A DNA stretch of 64,000 nucleotides from assembly GCA_977017645.1 (NCBI GenBank), contig OZ360221.1:183520001-183584000 (forward strand). Direction: 5' to 3'. Below are positions 13,031 to 26,490 of this stretch, piece by piece (the first letter of the stretch is position 1; each line of letters starts with the position of its first letter). The position numbers and the translations under genes are program-made. The notes beneath the pieces are model-generated. The model did no database searches, was not told where the DNA came from, and worked only from the letters and a program-made list of their open reading frames with translations. This stretch comes from Torpedo marmorata. Its lineage: Eukaryota.

Positions 13031-13266
13031 TTAAAACAGGAAAGTCTTCAGATACTGTGATTGTACTGCAATATACAAAAGTGCTGGAGAAACTCAGCAG
13101 GTCACGCAGCATCTATAAGAAGTAAAGGGTGAACAGCGTTTCAGGCCTGATCCCGTCATCAAGGTAAGTACTTGACAAAGGGCTCAGGCTCAAAATGTCA
13201 GTTACCCTTTACTTCCTATAGATGCTGCATTACCTGCTGAGTTTCTCCAGCACTCTTGTGTATTGC
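13031..13266. mobile_element. Palindromic Penelope-terminal-repeat-derived mini element
   Basis: Arms of about 100 bp across 13067-13267 are reverse complements; 16 bp direct repeat ataataaaaataccag at 13015-13030 and 13267-13282. Confidence 0.8.
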
Positions 13267-13357
13267 ATAATAAAAATACCAGGATGGAACAATGTTAGAT
13301 TTTTCTAAAGTTATTATAGTACACAGTTGTCACAACTTGGGAAGAGTATATTTGCAT

Positions 13358-13614
13358 TTTTTAAAATTTAGACATCCTGCACGGTAACAGGCTATTTCGG
13401 CCCACGAGTTCGTGCCGCCCAATTTACACCCAATTAACCTACACCCCATGTACGTTTTTAATGGTGGGAGGAAACCAGAGCCCCCGGGGAAAACCCACGC
13501 AGACACGGAGAGAAAGTACAAATTCCTTACAGACAGCGTGGAATTCGAACCCCGGTCCCGATCGCGGGCGCTGTAAAGGCATTGCGCTAACCGCTACGCC
13601 AACCATGCCGCCCC
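13358..13614 (-). mobile_element. tRNA-derived V-SINE (HE1-like)
   Basis: Minus strand: A box tggcgtagcgg, B box ggttcgaattcc, V-domain tctccgtgtctgcgtgggtttt..ggtttcctccca, CR1-type tail gggccgaaatagcctgtt. Confidence 0.9.
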
Positions 13615-13835
13615 GAATACCAGCTGAATTTAGGTCATGATTTGACTATTGACAGACTTTCAGGGTAGAGCTACAGAGAGAAGTTTGTACACTTAAGATC
13701 TTCAGACCAATCTAGGATTTCATTGACAAGGCTACACTTATTCAGAACAGACAAGCTAGACTGCAGGTACACGGACATACTTGTGTCAACAAGAGATTAT
13801 TTGGTCATCATTTTGCTTGAGGAAGCCATAAGAGA

Positions 13836-14362
13836 TGGAAAGTGTGCTGACCGGGTGCATCAAGATCTGGTATGGGGACACCAATAGCCTTGAGCGTAAA
13901 GCCCTCCAAAATGTAGTGGACTCAGCCCAGGATATCACAGGCAAAACCCTCCCCACCATCCACAGGGAACGCTGAAATCATAGAGTAGCAGCAATCATCA
14001 AAGACCCACACCACCCAGCACACTCTCTGCGCTCCCTGCTACCATCAGGAAAGAGGTATAGGTGCCACAAGATTCGCACCACCAGGTTCAGGAACAGCTG
14101 CTACCCCTCTACCATCAGAGTACTCAACGACAAACGCAATCAGAGACCCATTTAAGGACTCTTACTTTTGCACTTTATTGACTTTTGTTTCTTTCTGTAT
14201 TGCAGTCCGTTTGTTTACATTTTGTTATTTGTTTACATGTGTACATTAAGTACAGTTTTTTTTGCACTACCAATAAGTGGTAATTCTGCCTTGTCCACAG
14301 GAAAAAGAATCTCAGGATTGTAGGTGATGTCATGTATGTGCTCTGACAATAAATCTGAAATC
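13836..14362 (+). mobile_element. Rex1/Babar LINE, 3' fragment (second subfamily)
   Basis: Similar to 40185-40738; ends gacaataaatctgaaatc. Confidence 0.85.
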
Positions 14363-16367
14363 AGAGATTTACTAATCTTAGGAAAATATTATTTCACTAT
14401 TTTCTGCAGTTTGCATCTGCCATCACTCTGCCCATAACCCAGTGTATCTCAGTCTCTTACAGTCTTTTACCACATTTTTCTTTTTAATTTGGCATACCTT
14501 CTGATTCAGTATTGGAAGCAATTCCTTTAGTCCTCTGCCAGTTTGGAAGTCCATACCATTTATATTGATAGAATAGACATGAGCAACCGCAACATGAAGC
14601 ATTTCTACCTATGTTCCAATATATTCCCTGTCAATGTGATTTGCTGGACATTAAAAGACCATCTAGTTTGCCCCCTACCACCTTATGTGCTATTTTGACA
14701 GGGAGACTGTAGACAAATAACAGCAATCAATCTCTTTCAATTAGCTGACTGCACACTCAAAAATAAAATGAGGACAATCCAAATGGAGGAAGGCATCGAT
14801 CCTCAGCAACCTTTTTTCTCCAGGCATGCTAAAGTTACCACATGTGTTGCCTCAAATTACATTTGTTATTTTCTGACAGAAATCAATCTATTCTGCATTT
14901 ATCTTAATTCTATATGCCATTATCTCTACCATTAGATTCTATATCATAAAATATCAAATGCTTTTTGAAATTCCACATAAACCACAAAGTACAGTGGACA
15001 ATTCCAAAGGACAAACTTGAAAAATGTTAATCATTTTGCAGTTTATTATTTATGCCTCAGGGAAAATGTTGTAATGAGAAGTATGTGTAGACATGGACAA
15101 TGAGGATGTCTGATCTTAAAAGAAATAATAACATGAATTAGACCTCTGTCAAAGCCTTCAGGCTACAATACAGTATCAGGCCCATTGATTACATTTTAAA
15201 AGAAGAGTACAAAGAAAACAGAAAACCCAATCACAATATGATAACTATGTAGAAATCTTGAGAAAAATTAGGTCACTACGGATTATCTGATCATGGTTAC
15301 CCTTCTCTCTGCAGATGTTAGCAGTTTCACCTTTCCACTCTTTCAATACATTTTTAACAGCAAAAATCCAGTTTGCTGCAGATCTGGTTTGCCACATTGT
15401 TTGATATTCAAACCAAATAGAATGCATCTACAGGAACAAAGGACCATTGAAAGAAATTAATTTGCAAATAAAAGTGAGAAATAAGAAGGTGAACACAGCA
15501 TTTGCCTTGCTTGGAGCGTTTCTGCAAGGCCAACAAGAAACCCAAAATCACAAACGTATGTTTCAGAACCAGAGAAACAAAATAAGGTGCAAATGAGACT
15601 TTTAAGATATTAAAAAGGTACATATGAAAAGTTAAAAAAGCTTTGCCTTTGTTAAATGTGCATTTTATACTTATTTTGTTCATGATTAAATAAGGCCCTG
15701 ATTTGGATGAGAAAATGGCATCAGAAGAATGTGTGCATATTAATATGCAAGCTAATGAACATCTTGGGGTGAGGAAAGGATACTGCTAGAATTGTAAACC
15801 ATCAATGATGGGCAACTGTCATTGCTCCATTCACTTCATGAAAATGGCATTTTACGCTTTTCATTAAACCTTACTTTCATGTGAATTGCCAAAAAAAAAT
15901 CACAATAATATCATCTAATAACAAACAGAGCCTATACTTTTAATGTTTTAACACTTCATATATCAAATGTTATCCAGAAAAATCTAAACATGCATGAACT
16001 AATGCAGCTGAAGTAGTAAGATTTATGATGTGCTACTCTTAGCAATTAGACAGTAAAATTCAATCTTGTTTTGCTTTCAGCCAATAACTTCAGTAACATT
16101 GGTTGCTGAGTTAAAATGGTTATTCCCATGGATAGAATAATCAGACAATTCGAGAAGACAAGATTCCCCCCTCATCTACCAAACTAGCTCATACATGGAA
16201 TGTAAAAATCTATGAATGCCATTTAGTTTCTTCTGAGAAATGCTCAATAGTATGTTATGCAGAAGTTTATAAAGGATAATAATCTTTAATGACTTACTGA
16301 TTCATACAGAATTTTGTTTCCATCCTTACTAATCTTACTTGATGGAAACCAACCAGTCAATTTACTG

Positions 16368-16480
16368 GAGACCCAAGAGACAACAGATTCTGCAATCTGG
16401 AGAAAAAACAATCCATTGAGGAGCTCAATCAGTGGGATAAATTGTCAAGGTTTCGGGCCGGAACCCTTCATTAAGACTTA
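16368..16480 (-). mobile_element. Degenerate Penelope terminal repeat with hammerhead remnant
   Basis: Minus strand reads ttaatgaagggttccggcccgaaacc. Confidence 0.55.
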
Positions 16481-17044
16481 CTTGAGAGAGTAATTTTACA
16501 TTGGCATATATGGATAATGTTTGGGGGTTAGAGAGGAATTTTGAAATGTTTGTAATATTTAAGCATCTTCGCTGGGAGATTTAATACAATGGAACAAACT
16601 CATTACAATCTAAATTGTAAACGTTGTAATGAGTAGACTTGTCAATGGCATCCTTTCTTTGGTTGTGCTCCTGTGTTATCAAGAAGATATACTTTGGTAC
16701 AACTTTATGGAGACTTGAAATTAATATATAATGAAAAATGAGAGATCACAAGGTGAAGCACTCAGCACACATTATCAATCATCTGCCAACTCATTACCTT
16801 TTCAACATTTCATCACTTCATGTTTATTCAAGCTTGCAAGGTATTAATATTTTTCAATATTTGCTACTTATAGTCAGCATTATCAATTTGGTCCATGTAT
16901 AAAGAAGAACAGTTGGGATATAGTTGTTCAGGTGCCCCTACATGTCAGGACCCAAAGAATCAAAGTAAATCATGGGCAGAAGTAGACCATTTGGTACATG
17001 TTCATTGGGATAAAAAATAATTCTATTAAATAATTTGTTATTTT

Positions 17045-17215
17045 CTTAATCTGTGGAATTCCCTGCCTAAGAAAGCAGTTGAGGTTTCCTCATTAAATAT
17101 ATTTAAGACAGAGTTGGATAGAGTTTTGCATATTAGGGGAATTGAGGCTTTTGGGGAAAGGACAGGATGGTGGAACCGAGTCCATGGCAGATCCTGTTTC
17201 TTATGTTCTTATGTA
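17045..17215 (+). mobile_element. Old CR1 3' fragment
   Basis: ctgtggaattccctgcc...tttaagacagagttggatag...ttcttatgttcttatg. Confidence 0.7.
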
Positions 17216-18089
17216 CTTTCCTTTGAAGTAATTTAATGCACTAAAAGGCCCAATTTACAAGACAATAAAAAGGATCTGAATGAACTTTCACCATTTATGA
17301 CCTAAGGTGTGAAGCTTTTGGGAATGTCCTACATATTCTTTTGAAGTATAGCTGTTGTTAGAAGAACTATGACATCAGTTTTACGCATATCAAGCTCCCC
17401 CTACAAATATAACTGTGATAAGAATCAGATAATCTATACTTATTGGGCAGAACACCAGCAAGAATTTCCCAGCTCTTTATTACGTTGTACCATGAGATCT
17501 TCTCAATTAATCTTTGATGTAAAGCATATAAATAAATCATTTAAATTTGCTTGAAGGATGTAATTATCCAAACTTATTTATGTTGGAAGTACTCCTAAGT
17601 TTTCATGACAAATCAAGCATTCATTTTTATTAAACGATCATTTTATGATCATAAAAACATCAAACACTTAAGAATCAATAACTTTTGCCAATATGCCAAA
17701 ATAGTTGAATTGGGTAATACTGCAATTTATAAATAATTATGTTCATAATTTTATATTTCTGATGTAGTCCATGCTCTATCACCTTTTGTATAATCATAAA
17801 TAACATAACAAAGCATTAATGAAAAAAATGTTCAAAGTTAAAACTATATTCAATTTTAAAATAACATAATTTGATCAAATCACCAAAATCTTTTGTTTTA
17901 AATATATTGTTTTGCTCTTCCAAGTCGTCAAATTTTCTTTCATCTCTTCATTGTATTGACTAAATTTACCATTCTAAAGACAACTAAACATTTTTGAGAA
18001 TTGTATCTCATTTTAACAGTCTGGCCTGCCTTAATGTGTATTCAGTGCTGGAAATTTGAAATAATGAACAGTTGGTAGGTGAATGATAA

Positions 18090-19192
18090 TCTACAGCTCA
18101 GCCTTCAATACCATTATTCCCTCAGTGCTGCTCAAGAAGCTACAAACTCTAGGCCTCTGTACCCCACTCTGCAACTGGATCCTTGACTTTCTCATCAGAA
18201 GACCACAGTCAGTACGAATTGGAAACAACGTCTCGTCCTCACTGATTATCAACACAGGCGCACCCCAAGGATGCATGCTTAGCCCACTGCTCTACTCATG
18301 ATACAACCATGACTGTGTGGCCAGGCACAATTCCAAAGCCATCTTCAAGTTTGCCGATGACACCACAGTTGTCGGCAGAATCACAAGCGGCAATGAGGAA
18401 GTGTACAGGAGGGAGATAGATCAGCTCGTTGAATGGTGTAACGACAACAACCTTGCGCTCAATGTCAGCAAAACCAAGGAAATTATTGTGGACTTCAGGA
18501 GGAAGTAAGGGGAACACGACCCAGTCCTCATTGAGGGCTCAGTAGTGGAGAGGATCAAGAACTTCAAATTCCTGGGTGTCAACATCTCCGAGGATCTGTC
18601 CTGGAGCCTCCATGTTGATGCAATCACAAAGAAGGCTCGTCAGCGGCTATACTTTGTGAGGTGTCTGAGGAGATTCGGTATGTCACCGAAGACTCTTGTA
18701 AACTTCTACAGGTGTACCGTGGAGAGCATTCTGGCTGGTTGCATCACTGCCTGGTATGGAGGCGCCAACTCTCAGGACAAGAGTAAACTCCAGAGGGTTG
18801 TTAACTCGGCCTGAGACATCACAGGCACCAAACTTCACTCCATCGAGGACATCTACATGAGGCGGTGACTTAAAAAAGCAGCCTCTGTCTTCAAAGACCC
18901 CCACCACCCAGGCCATGCCCTCTTCACTCTGCTACCATCGGGGAAAAAGGTACAGGAGCCTAAAGACAAGCACTCAACGGCACAAGGACAGCTTCTTCCC
19001 TGCTACCATCAGATTCCTGAATAATCAATGAACCAAAGACACTGCCTTACTTTTTGTGCACTATTATTTATATTTTTTTGTAGTAATGTCGTAAGATGGT
19101 TATAATATGAATGTTTGCACTATGATGCTGCCGCAAAACACCAAATTTCATGACTTGTTCATGACAATAAATTTTGATTCTGATTATGATTC
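18090..19192 (+). mobile_element. Rex1/Babar LINE, 5'-truncated
   Basis: High similarity to 10262-11225 and 61018-62098; YSSAFNT, PQG, FADD; tail gacaataaattttgattctgatt. Confidence 0.92.
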
Positions 19193-20923
19193 TGAACACT
19201 CCACCTTGGACAAGTCATGGGGAATTTTGATATGAATTAATTTTAAGCTTGCATGAAACCATTTCATTTCCATTACAAGCCCTTTCTCTAAGAAGAATGG
19301 CAGGAATTCATAACTCAGATGATGCATTGCATTCAATATGCTCAAGCATTTCCATTCATTTTCTTTAATAGAATCCATTTGCATGATCCCTCTCACCTTG
19401 TAGATCCTGTTAAAATGGTCCCTGAAATGGCTTTTATTGTAGGTAAGGTTAGTTTATACATATTTTCTTCACCCATTCTGTGAAAAGAGTGTTTTTTATT
19501 CCATTTGGCAAATATGTAAAAATAATCTACTGTATTTAGTTTGTTAAATATATTTAAGATGATATGTAACATGAATTCAACCACAGCTTTCTTTAAGAAA
19601 ATAGCAGGTAATTAATGGTTGTAAGACAAAATTAAACAGGAAAAGATGCCCAAGAGTAATGTGTTTCTCTTTGAAATTAATGTATATTTTTATTTTTATA
19701 AATTGTATAAGATATGGAGAGCTTCTACAGCATTCCATAAAGTTACTATACATAATAAATGAAGCTCTTCAATAATTAAATTCAACTTGCTACATCAGGA
19801 TAAAGTATGATAATAGCCACAGACAAAAGAAAGACATTAAAAAAACTGAGAATGATCGACTGAATAAAGACTATTGATTCCATCCAGCTTCTTCCATCAT
19901 CCAATTTCAGTTTTTAAATCAAATATATAAATCTCTTTGTTTTATTTGCTCTAAATTGAGAATTGATCTATTTTTTGTTCAATTCATCCATCTAGATTTT
20001 CCATGTTGATGGATGGCTTGCTTTTGCATACAATTGCTACAACTGAACAATATGTTGTTTTATTCACTGGATGGTGGCAGTTTATTCATTCCTTTTAGAA
20101 TCCAAATACATCAGCTAAAGTTTATCAACTAAAAGCAGCAACATGAATCTGTGGCATAATTTCCCATGCTTTTGTTGACCAAAAAAAGGAGAAAGTTAGG
20201 TTTAATGTGTTTAAGAATGATATCAACAAAATAATAAATAAACTTTTAGAAGTTTCCAAATTCCTGTTTCTCGCCGTCAATATACCATGGTGGATTAGTG
20301 GAAGTCTTTGTCAATAATCCAGCACTACATCCATGAACAGTTGTCAGCTAAGGGCATAGATCTGGCCAAAACTAGCTTCATTATATTGGAAATGATTTTA
20401 GGTTCAATGCATATTTGACAAAAACTATACAAATGTAATGTTAAACCAAATCAATATGAAAGATGAGCAAATATTGCATGCAGAAGGTTAAATCTTCACT
20501 ACAATAATTTTATCTACTAGTTTAATTTTGCAATCTTAGAAATGAATTAAAATTAATCAAAAAGTCCCTAATTTGTAGTTTTATGCTCTAAAATACTTTG
20601 GGAAGTTTATCACGTTTGAATTGTATTCATATGGTAACATTATTTTTTGCATAATCACCTTTTATTAAATTATGCGCTAGAATATAACAACAATCAATGG
20701 GTGATGAACAGCTCCAGTTCTTGAAAAGTGGGTTGACAAACCGGATGAAGAGGAATGAATTGTCAGTCCTGTATTACATTCTGCATTACATTGAGCCTGT
20801 TTTTTAATTGTAGAGTTACACTAATGCCATGTTTTGATGAACAGCAACTTTTTTATGAAAGCAACTCAGGTCATAATATACAGTATAATAGGTAGAACAA
20901 TGAAAACTTGCTGGAGTCACTAC

Positions 20924-22352
20924 TTTGCAGATCCTTCTTTCAGCCTTAAGATTGTCAATCAAATTTGTGAAGATCCATGTTGTTTTGTTTTTTGCAGTTG
21001 TGATGTTGAGGTAGTTGATGAAATCATTATTTAATTGGCTTTGGAGTTAATGTTAATGACATTGCTCCAAACAGAGAACGAGAGCAATTAAATTGGTTAA
21101 GGTACTTACTGTGGAAATAGCACCTTGAATAACTCTTTTCACTGTTTAATTAGAAACATTGTATGTTACTGTATGTGGAAAGAGAATGAGCTACATAGTG
21201 ACTATTCATATCAGCGAAGAGAAGAGAAAGAACAAAGAGTTTCATTGCAGTTTAAAAATAATAGCCTCAATAGAAATTGCATCAGTTTCAACTAGAGCGA
21301 CTTGAACCAAAGAGTACGTTCAGAGCAAATTTCCAATGGTGACTTAGAAATTCCTTGAACCACTGCTTCTTAATGTGGGGAAGAAATATATGTGGTGAAA
21401 GAGATATGTGGGGAACAGGAGAGCCATTAAACAAATCAGAATGTCAATGGAATTGGTTCAACATCAAAGCCTCACTCTCAACAAGGGATTAGATACTAAC
21501 CTGATGCTCAATTTGAATTTCAGGCCCCAAGTTTAAACACATTTCCCATTTCGGGCAGGTGATAGCCAGTTGAAATTAAGACTTTATTTTGTAATATTGA
21601 TTAAATATTGAAAATGTGATGAGCAAATTATGTACATTTGGTAAGTATGTAAACAATTAAAGATATTACCAAGTCTAGAACGTAGCCTACTCCAAACTTG
21701 GCCTTTCACAGAGAAAAAGATAATTGCTTAGGAAGAATTTTTCTCTGTTGGCACTTTTATTCAAAAGCTTGAGAACAAAACAAGGTCTTTAGTTTTATAC
21801 ACTTGTTATGTTTCTAATACAATACTGTATCATAAAGAGGAAATTCACAAAAACGTTTTGGCAAAGAGTAGGACATAATTTTTAAGAGGATAAATGCACT
21901 TTCTATACAAATCTAACATCAGCTAATAAATGGGATTTTACGTCTTGAATTAAATGAAGATTAGTATTCATTTACAAATGAGTTGTCTATCATTTTATGC
22001 ATCAGTGTCAGTCCTTTAACACACATTTGTAAGCTTTTTCTGTGCTTCCAGTACTTGAGAGCTACAGAATGTGATGGGATTTTTTTCAGAGTGAATAATC
22101 ACAGTTTAAAAACAATCATCAAATGTTTCTAATTAAACAGTGAAAAGAGTTATTCAACGTTCTAGTTCCACAGTAAGTACCTTATCCAATTTAATTGCTC
22201 TCGTTCTCTGATTGGAGCAATGTCATTAACTCCAAAGACAATTAAATAATGATTGCATTAACTACCTCAATATTACAACTGCAAAAAACAAAACAACATG
22301 GATCTTCACAAAGTTGATTGACAATCTTAAGGCTGAAAGAAGGATCTGCAAA
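20924..22352. repeat. Inverted repeat pair (20924-21120 and 22162-22352)
   Basis: tttgcagatccttctttcagccttaagattgtcaatcaa... versus ...ttgattgacaatcttaaggctgaaagaaggatctgcaaa; roughly 90% identical by eye. Confidence 0.92.
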
Positions 22353-22809
22353 ATGTCTTGAGAACCTCTTTATTGGTTATACGCAAATTAACACATTTAT
22401 ATTGGCTTAGCAGGTGAACGTTAATTCTCAATCAGCATTTAACGACAAACATTAAGTCAGGTGGATAATTCTGACACAGGCAGGCAATTTGCTGCTCATG
22501 TGGTGAAAGTGGAAATTCGTTGTATGCTTCCTGCGTCATATCACAAATCTTTAACACCCTGTGGAAAGTGTGAACACAAGAAGAATTGATGATGAGCAGT
22601 AAATTGGGATCAGCTAATGCTCCCTATCACAAAAGGAAGATCAAATTAGGAGATGAACCAGTAAATCAACACACAAAATAGCTGATATATCTGGTATAAA
22701 AGCTAATATAATTTTGCTTATTATGAAATGTCATGGTCCGTATTAACTCCAACCTCCCCACCAGCCTTGATCCATTACAATTTGCCTCCCATTGGAATAG
22801 GACCACAGA

Positions 22810-23575
22810 AGATTCAAGATTCTGTTTATTGTCATGCACACAAAAACACACAAAAATGTTTTTTTCCTTTGCTCGTCCTGTAAAGACACAGAAAGTGGCA
22901 CCACCAGAACAGCATCGATATCAAGTCAAGGAGAAGCAAAAGAGAGTGCCTTCAGAAACAGTAAGTGTTCATTGATCCTGCTGCTCCCTACAATGCCGCT
23001 GCCTTTTGCGCCCCCATAACCTCCGTAGCAACATGGCCTCCTTTACTGTGAAGCGGTGAATCCAAACTCGAGGCATCCAAGTCCCCCGGCCCCTGGTTAC
23101 ATAAGATCATGAGAGAAAGGAGCAGGAGCCATCTGGCCTGTCGAGACTGCTCTGTCCCTCAAAGAAATCATGGCTGATCTGGCCATAGACTGAGCTCCAC
23201 CGACCTACCCATGGCCTGGCATGAGGCATTTGTCTACCATGCCCCGTACTGGTCCGCTGCTGTGGTTTCCTACCCTGTTGGGTCCTTTCCCAGACTTCTC
23301 CATCCCTGGTGCTCTGCAGCAGTCTGCTGTTTATCTGGAGCCAGAACATGGGCGCCGCTATTTTAGGAACAAGCATCCTAGGATCTTTGATGGAGAAACT
23401 GCAGTGAGCCCCATTCTGTATGCAATCTAAACTTCACAGGGCCACTAGGTGAGAGAGTCAGGCAGTAGGACCCTGTGGAGGAGCGCATAAAGTCTGCATC
23501 TCTGTTCCCCACTCCTGCTGAGTCCATACCAGCAGCAGTGCAGCTGTCACAGCAGTTTCAGTCGCGCCACCATCT
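22810..23575 (-). mobile_element. GC-rich ~850 bp retroposon, diverged copy (contains a CR1 tail fragment at about 23100-23210)
   Basis: Reverse complement of the tail gattcaagattc..ttattgtcat and of the head gcgccaccatct. Confidence 0.6.
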
Positions 23576-23895
23576 GGAAGCTGTGGTGAAGATGCCATCT
23601 CCCTTGCCCTGCACTCTACCCAGGAACATCTGGAGAACACCCATGTCGACTCCTGGTTATTGACTACAGCTGTGCCTTCAAGCTATAGCCCCAAACAAAC
23701 TCAACCCAAAACTCCAAGACATGGGTATCAGCATCCCTCTCTGCATCTGGATCGTCAGCATTCTTACCTGTAGATCATAAGCAGTGACTCCTGCTCCATG
23801 ATAATCCTGATTGCATACCTCACCCCTTACTATACTCCCTAATCACTCATGACTGTATGACCAAACACAGCTCTAACTCTAAATACAAGTTTGCA

Positions 23896-24009
23896 GGTAA
23901 AAGGTAAAGGTAAAAGGTAAAGGTTCCATTATTGTCACGTAATACTACATTTAGAATGTAACATACATGAAATTCTTTAATTTTTGTCTACCGTAAGGCA
24001 GACAGAGTT
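23896..24009 (-). mobile_element. SINE3 3' fragment
   Basis: Near-identical to 46737-46845. Confidence 0.85.
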
Positions 24010-24821
24010 AACACCACCGTCATAGGTTGGATCACGAACAATAACAAGACAGAGTACATAAAGGAGATAGAAAGTCCAGGTGCATGGTGTCAGGATAACA
24101 ACCTCTCCCTCAATGTCAGCAAAATTAAAAAACTGGTCATTCATTTCAGGAAACCGAGAGCAGCATATGTGCCAGTATATCTCATCCATGCTGAGGTGGA
24201 GATAGTAGAGAGCTCCAAGTTCTTTAGAGTACATGTCACCAACAATTTGTCCTGCTTTAACCACACCAAAAAAGTGCAGCAGAGACTCTACTTAGTCTGA
24301 TGAAATTTGGCTTGTCCAGCATCTCTTCCCAACTTGGACAGGTGCCTCATTGAAAGTATCTTGTCCGGTTGCATTGCAGCTTGGCATGGCAGCTGTTCTG
24401 CCGAATACCGCTAGAAACTGCAAAGAATGGTAAACACAGCTCAGGCCATCACGAAAACCAGCCTCCACTCCATCGACTACGTCTATAACTCTCGTTGTTT
24501 TGGGAAGTTGTTAACATATTAAAGGATTCATCTGACCCCAGTCATGGTCTCTTGTCCCCTCCTCCATTGAACAGAATATATATGATATGTGCTTGAGAAC
24601 ACAAACTTTCAAATTCAAGCAGAGTTTCTTTCCTGCTGTTATCAGACTCTTGAATGGATCTCACACTGTCAAAAGATAATGCCCTTGCACTGTGTTTTAT
24701 AACTGTACTTTTATCTATTCCCTGTAATATGTTTTTGGACTTTCTCAAAACCTTGCATTATTTTCCTACTGTTACACTATTCCTTACACTTACTAACTTG
24801 TCCATTTATTTGTAATTATTG

Positions 24822-26490
24822 TCAAGATTCATTTTTTATCATGTCATAGGACAGAACATGTAATATCACACGAAATTGCCTGCCTGCCATAAGACAGACA
24901 AAGAGTCACCATTTGTGTCACCTGGTGCCCCTTACAGTATGAGAAGCAAAAGAGAGTCCCTTCAGAGTCACTGTGTCCCTGGATTTGCCTCCAGCATTCA
25001 AGATTCAATTTATTGTCATAGCAATAAGACAGTGTTATATACCACAAAATTTCTTTTTGCCTGCTGCAAGGCAGACAGATTCGCCATCGGCAGAAATTGC
25101 CTAAGCGCCTCTAACGTTCCTTACAGTCAGAGAAAGAGAAGCAAAAGAGAGTCCCCCCAGAGTCACCGAGTGTCCATAGATTCGCCTCCAGCGCTTCCGC
25201 AGCCACACAGAGTCCAGTCCAAACGATCGGCATCCCGAGCTCCAGATCCGAACCTCCAACACGGTCAGGTCGCCCTCGGCACCCCCTCACATCCCGGTTC
25301 CGATACCTGGTACTCCTCCAGCCAGTTCGAGCCAACCTCCAGCAGTCCGCAGCCCGTCGTGAGTCCCCCGACAGCAGTCTCCAGCAGCCCACAGCCTCCG
25401 CGGGTTCCTCGCCTCGAGTCGCCAGCAGCCCGCCACGTGCACTGGTCATTCAGCCTCAGAGCCCCTCACCGGTCCGCCGCCGTGCTCACCGTCCCGTGGG
25501 TCATCTCCTCCGCTTCTCCTTCTCAGACGGGGGTGATCTTCTCGTCCACTGGTGCCCTGCTCCAGTCCCCCGCTTCCCCGGAGTCTGCAGCCCCTCGTGG
25601 TTGCTGCCGATTAATAGGTGCTGCCATCTTGGGCGAAGACCCCGCGGTCGCAGGATCTCAAATAAAACCACCGTCGGCTCCTTTAACGGGCCTTTCAAAG
25701 CCCGTGCGGAACCGACGGCAGTCGACTGGGTGGCTGGACCCCGCGGGAGCGCTGTATCTCCACTCCCACGCTCCCCGCGGGTCCGCACCAGTGGCAGCGC
25801 TGCCGCTACAGCGGCTCCGGCAGCGCCGCCATCTTCCATTAGGTACACATGACAAGTAAACAATTCCTGAAGCCTTTGCAGCTGCACAGACTCCTGTTCA
25901 ATCCATTGGCAACCCGAGCTCCAGATCCAAACCTCCAACACGATCAGGAAACCTTCAGCACCTGAGGCCCTTCAGGAGCCCTTCTTACCCTTAGCACCCT
26001 CTCGAAACTCAGCTCCGATACCTTGTTTCCATGGGCCAGTCTCCAGCAGCCCGCAGCCCGTGCAGGTCCTCCCCCGAACCCATGTTGCCTGCAGCCTGTG
26101 TGGGTCCTTCAGCCGCTGAGCCCCTCGCTGGTCCACTGCCATGGTCACCATCCTGTAAGGTCATCTCCTCTGCTTCTCCTTCTCAACGGGGGGTGCGGGG
26201 GGTGTTCTCCCCATTGTTATTGCCCTGCGCTGGTCTACTGCTTCCCCGGAGTCTGCAATTCCTTGTGGCCACTGCCGAGTATAGGCGCCACCATCTTGGG
26301 CACAGACCCCGTTGTTGCAGGATTTTACTTACAAACACTGTCGGCTCCTCTAACAAACCGTTTAAAGCCTGTACGGAGCCACCGGCATTAGGACCAGGTG
26401 GGTGAACTCTTCGGAGCAGCACTGTATCTCTGCTTTCCCTAGGTCTGCACCAGTGACAGCGCTGCCCCTTGCAGCAGCTCCAGCAGCATG
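24822..26490 (-). mobile_element. GC-rich retroposon, older copy interrupted by a younger copy
   Basis: 24822-24995 and 25867-26490 rejoin to match the reverse complement of 701-1520. Confidence 0.75.
24996..25835 (-). mobile_element. GC-rich retroposon, young copy
   Basis: Reverse complement nearly identical to 27280-28130. Confidence 0.88.

Noticed and set aside
13530-13614. tRNA gene
   Set aside because: A and B boxes are present but continue into a V-domain and LINE tail; it is a SINE head
20924-22352. Classic DNA transposon with long TIRs
   Set aside because: No TSD, no superfamily-typical terminal motif and no internal transposase remnant; kept as an unexplained inverted repeat
24876-25859. 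327 aa ORF (and the 268 aa ORF at 27276-28082) as a novel protein
   Set aside because: Antisense frames through a GC-rich repeat, crossing insertion junctions, with no domain motifs; not evidently kept open in older copies
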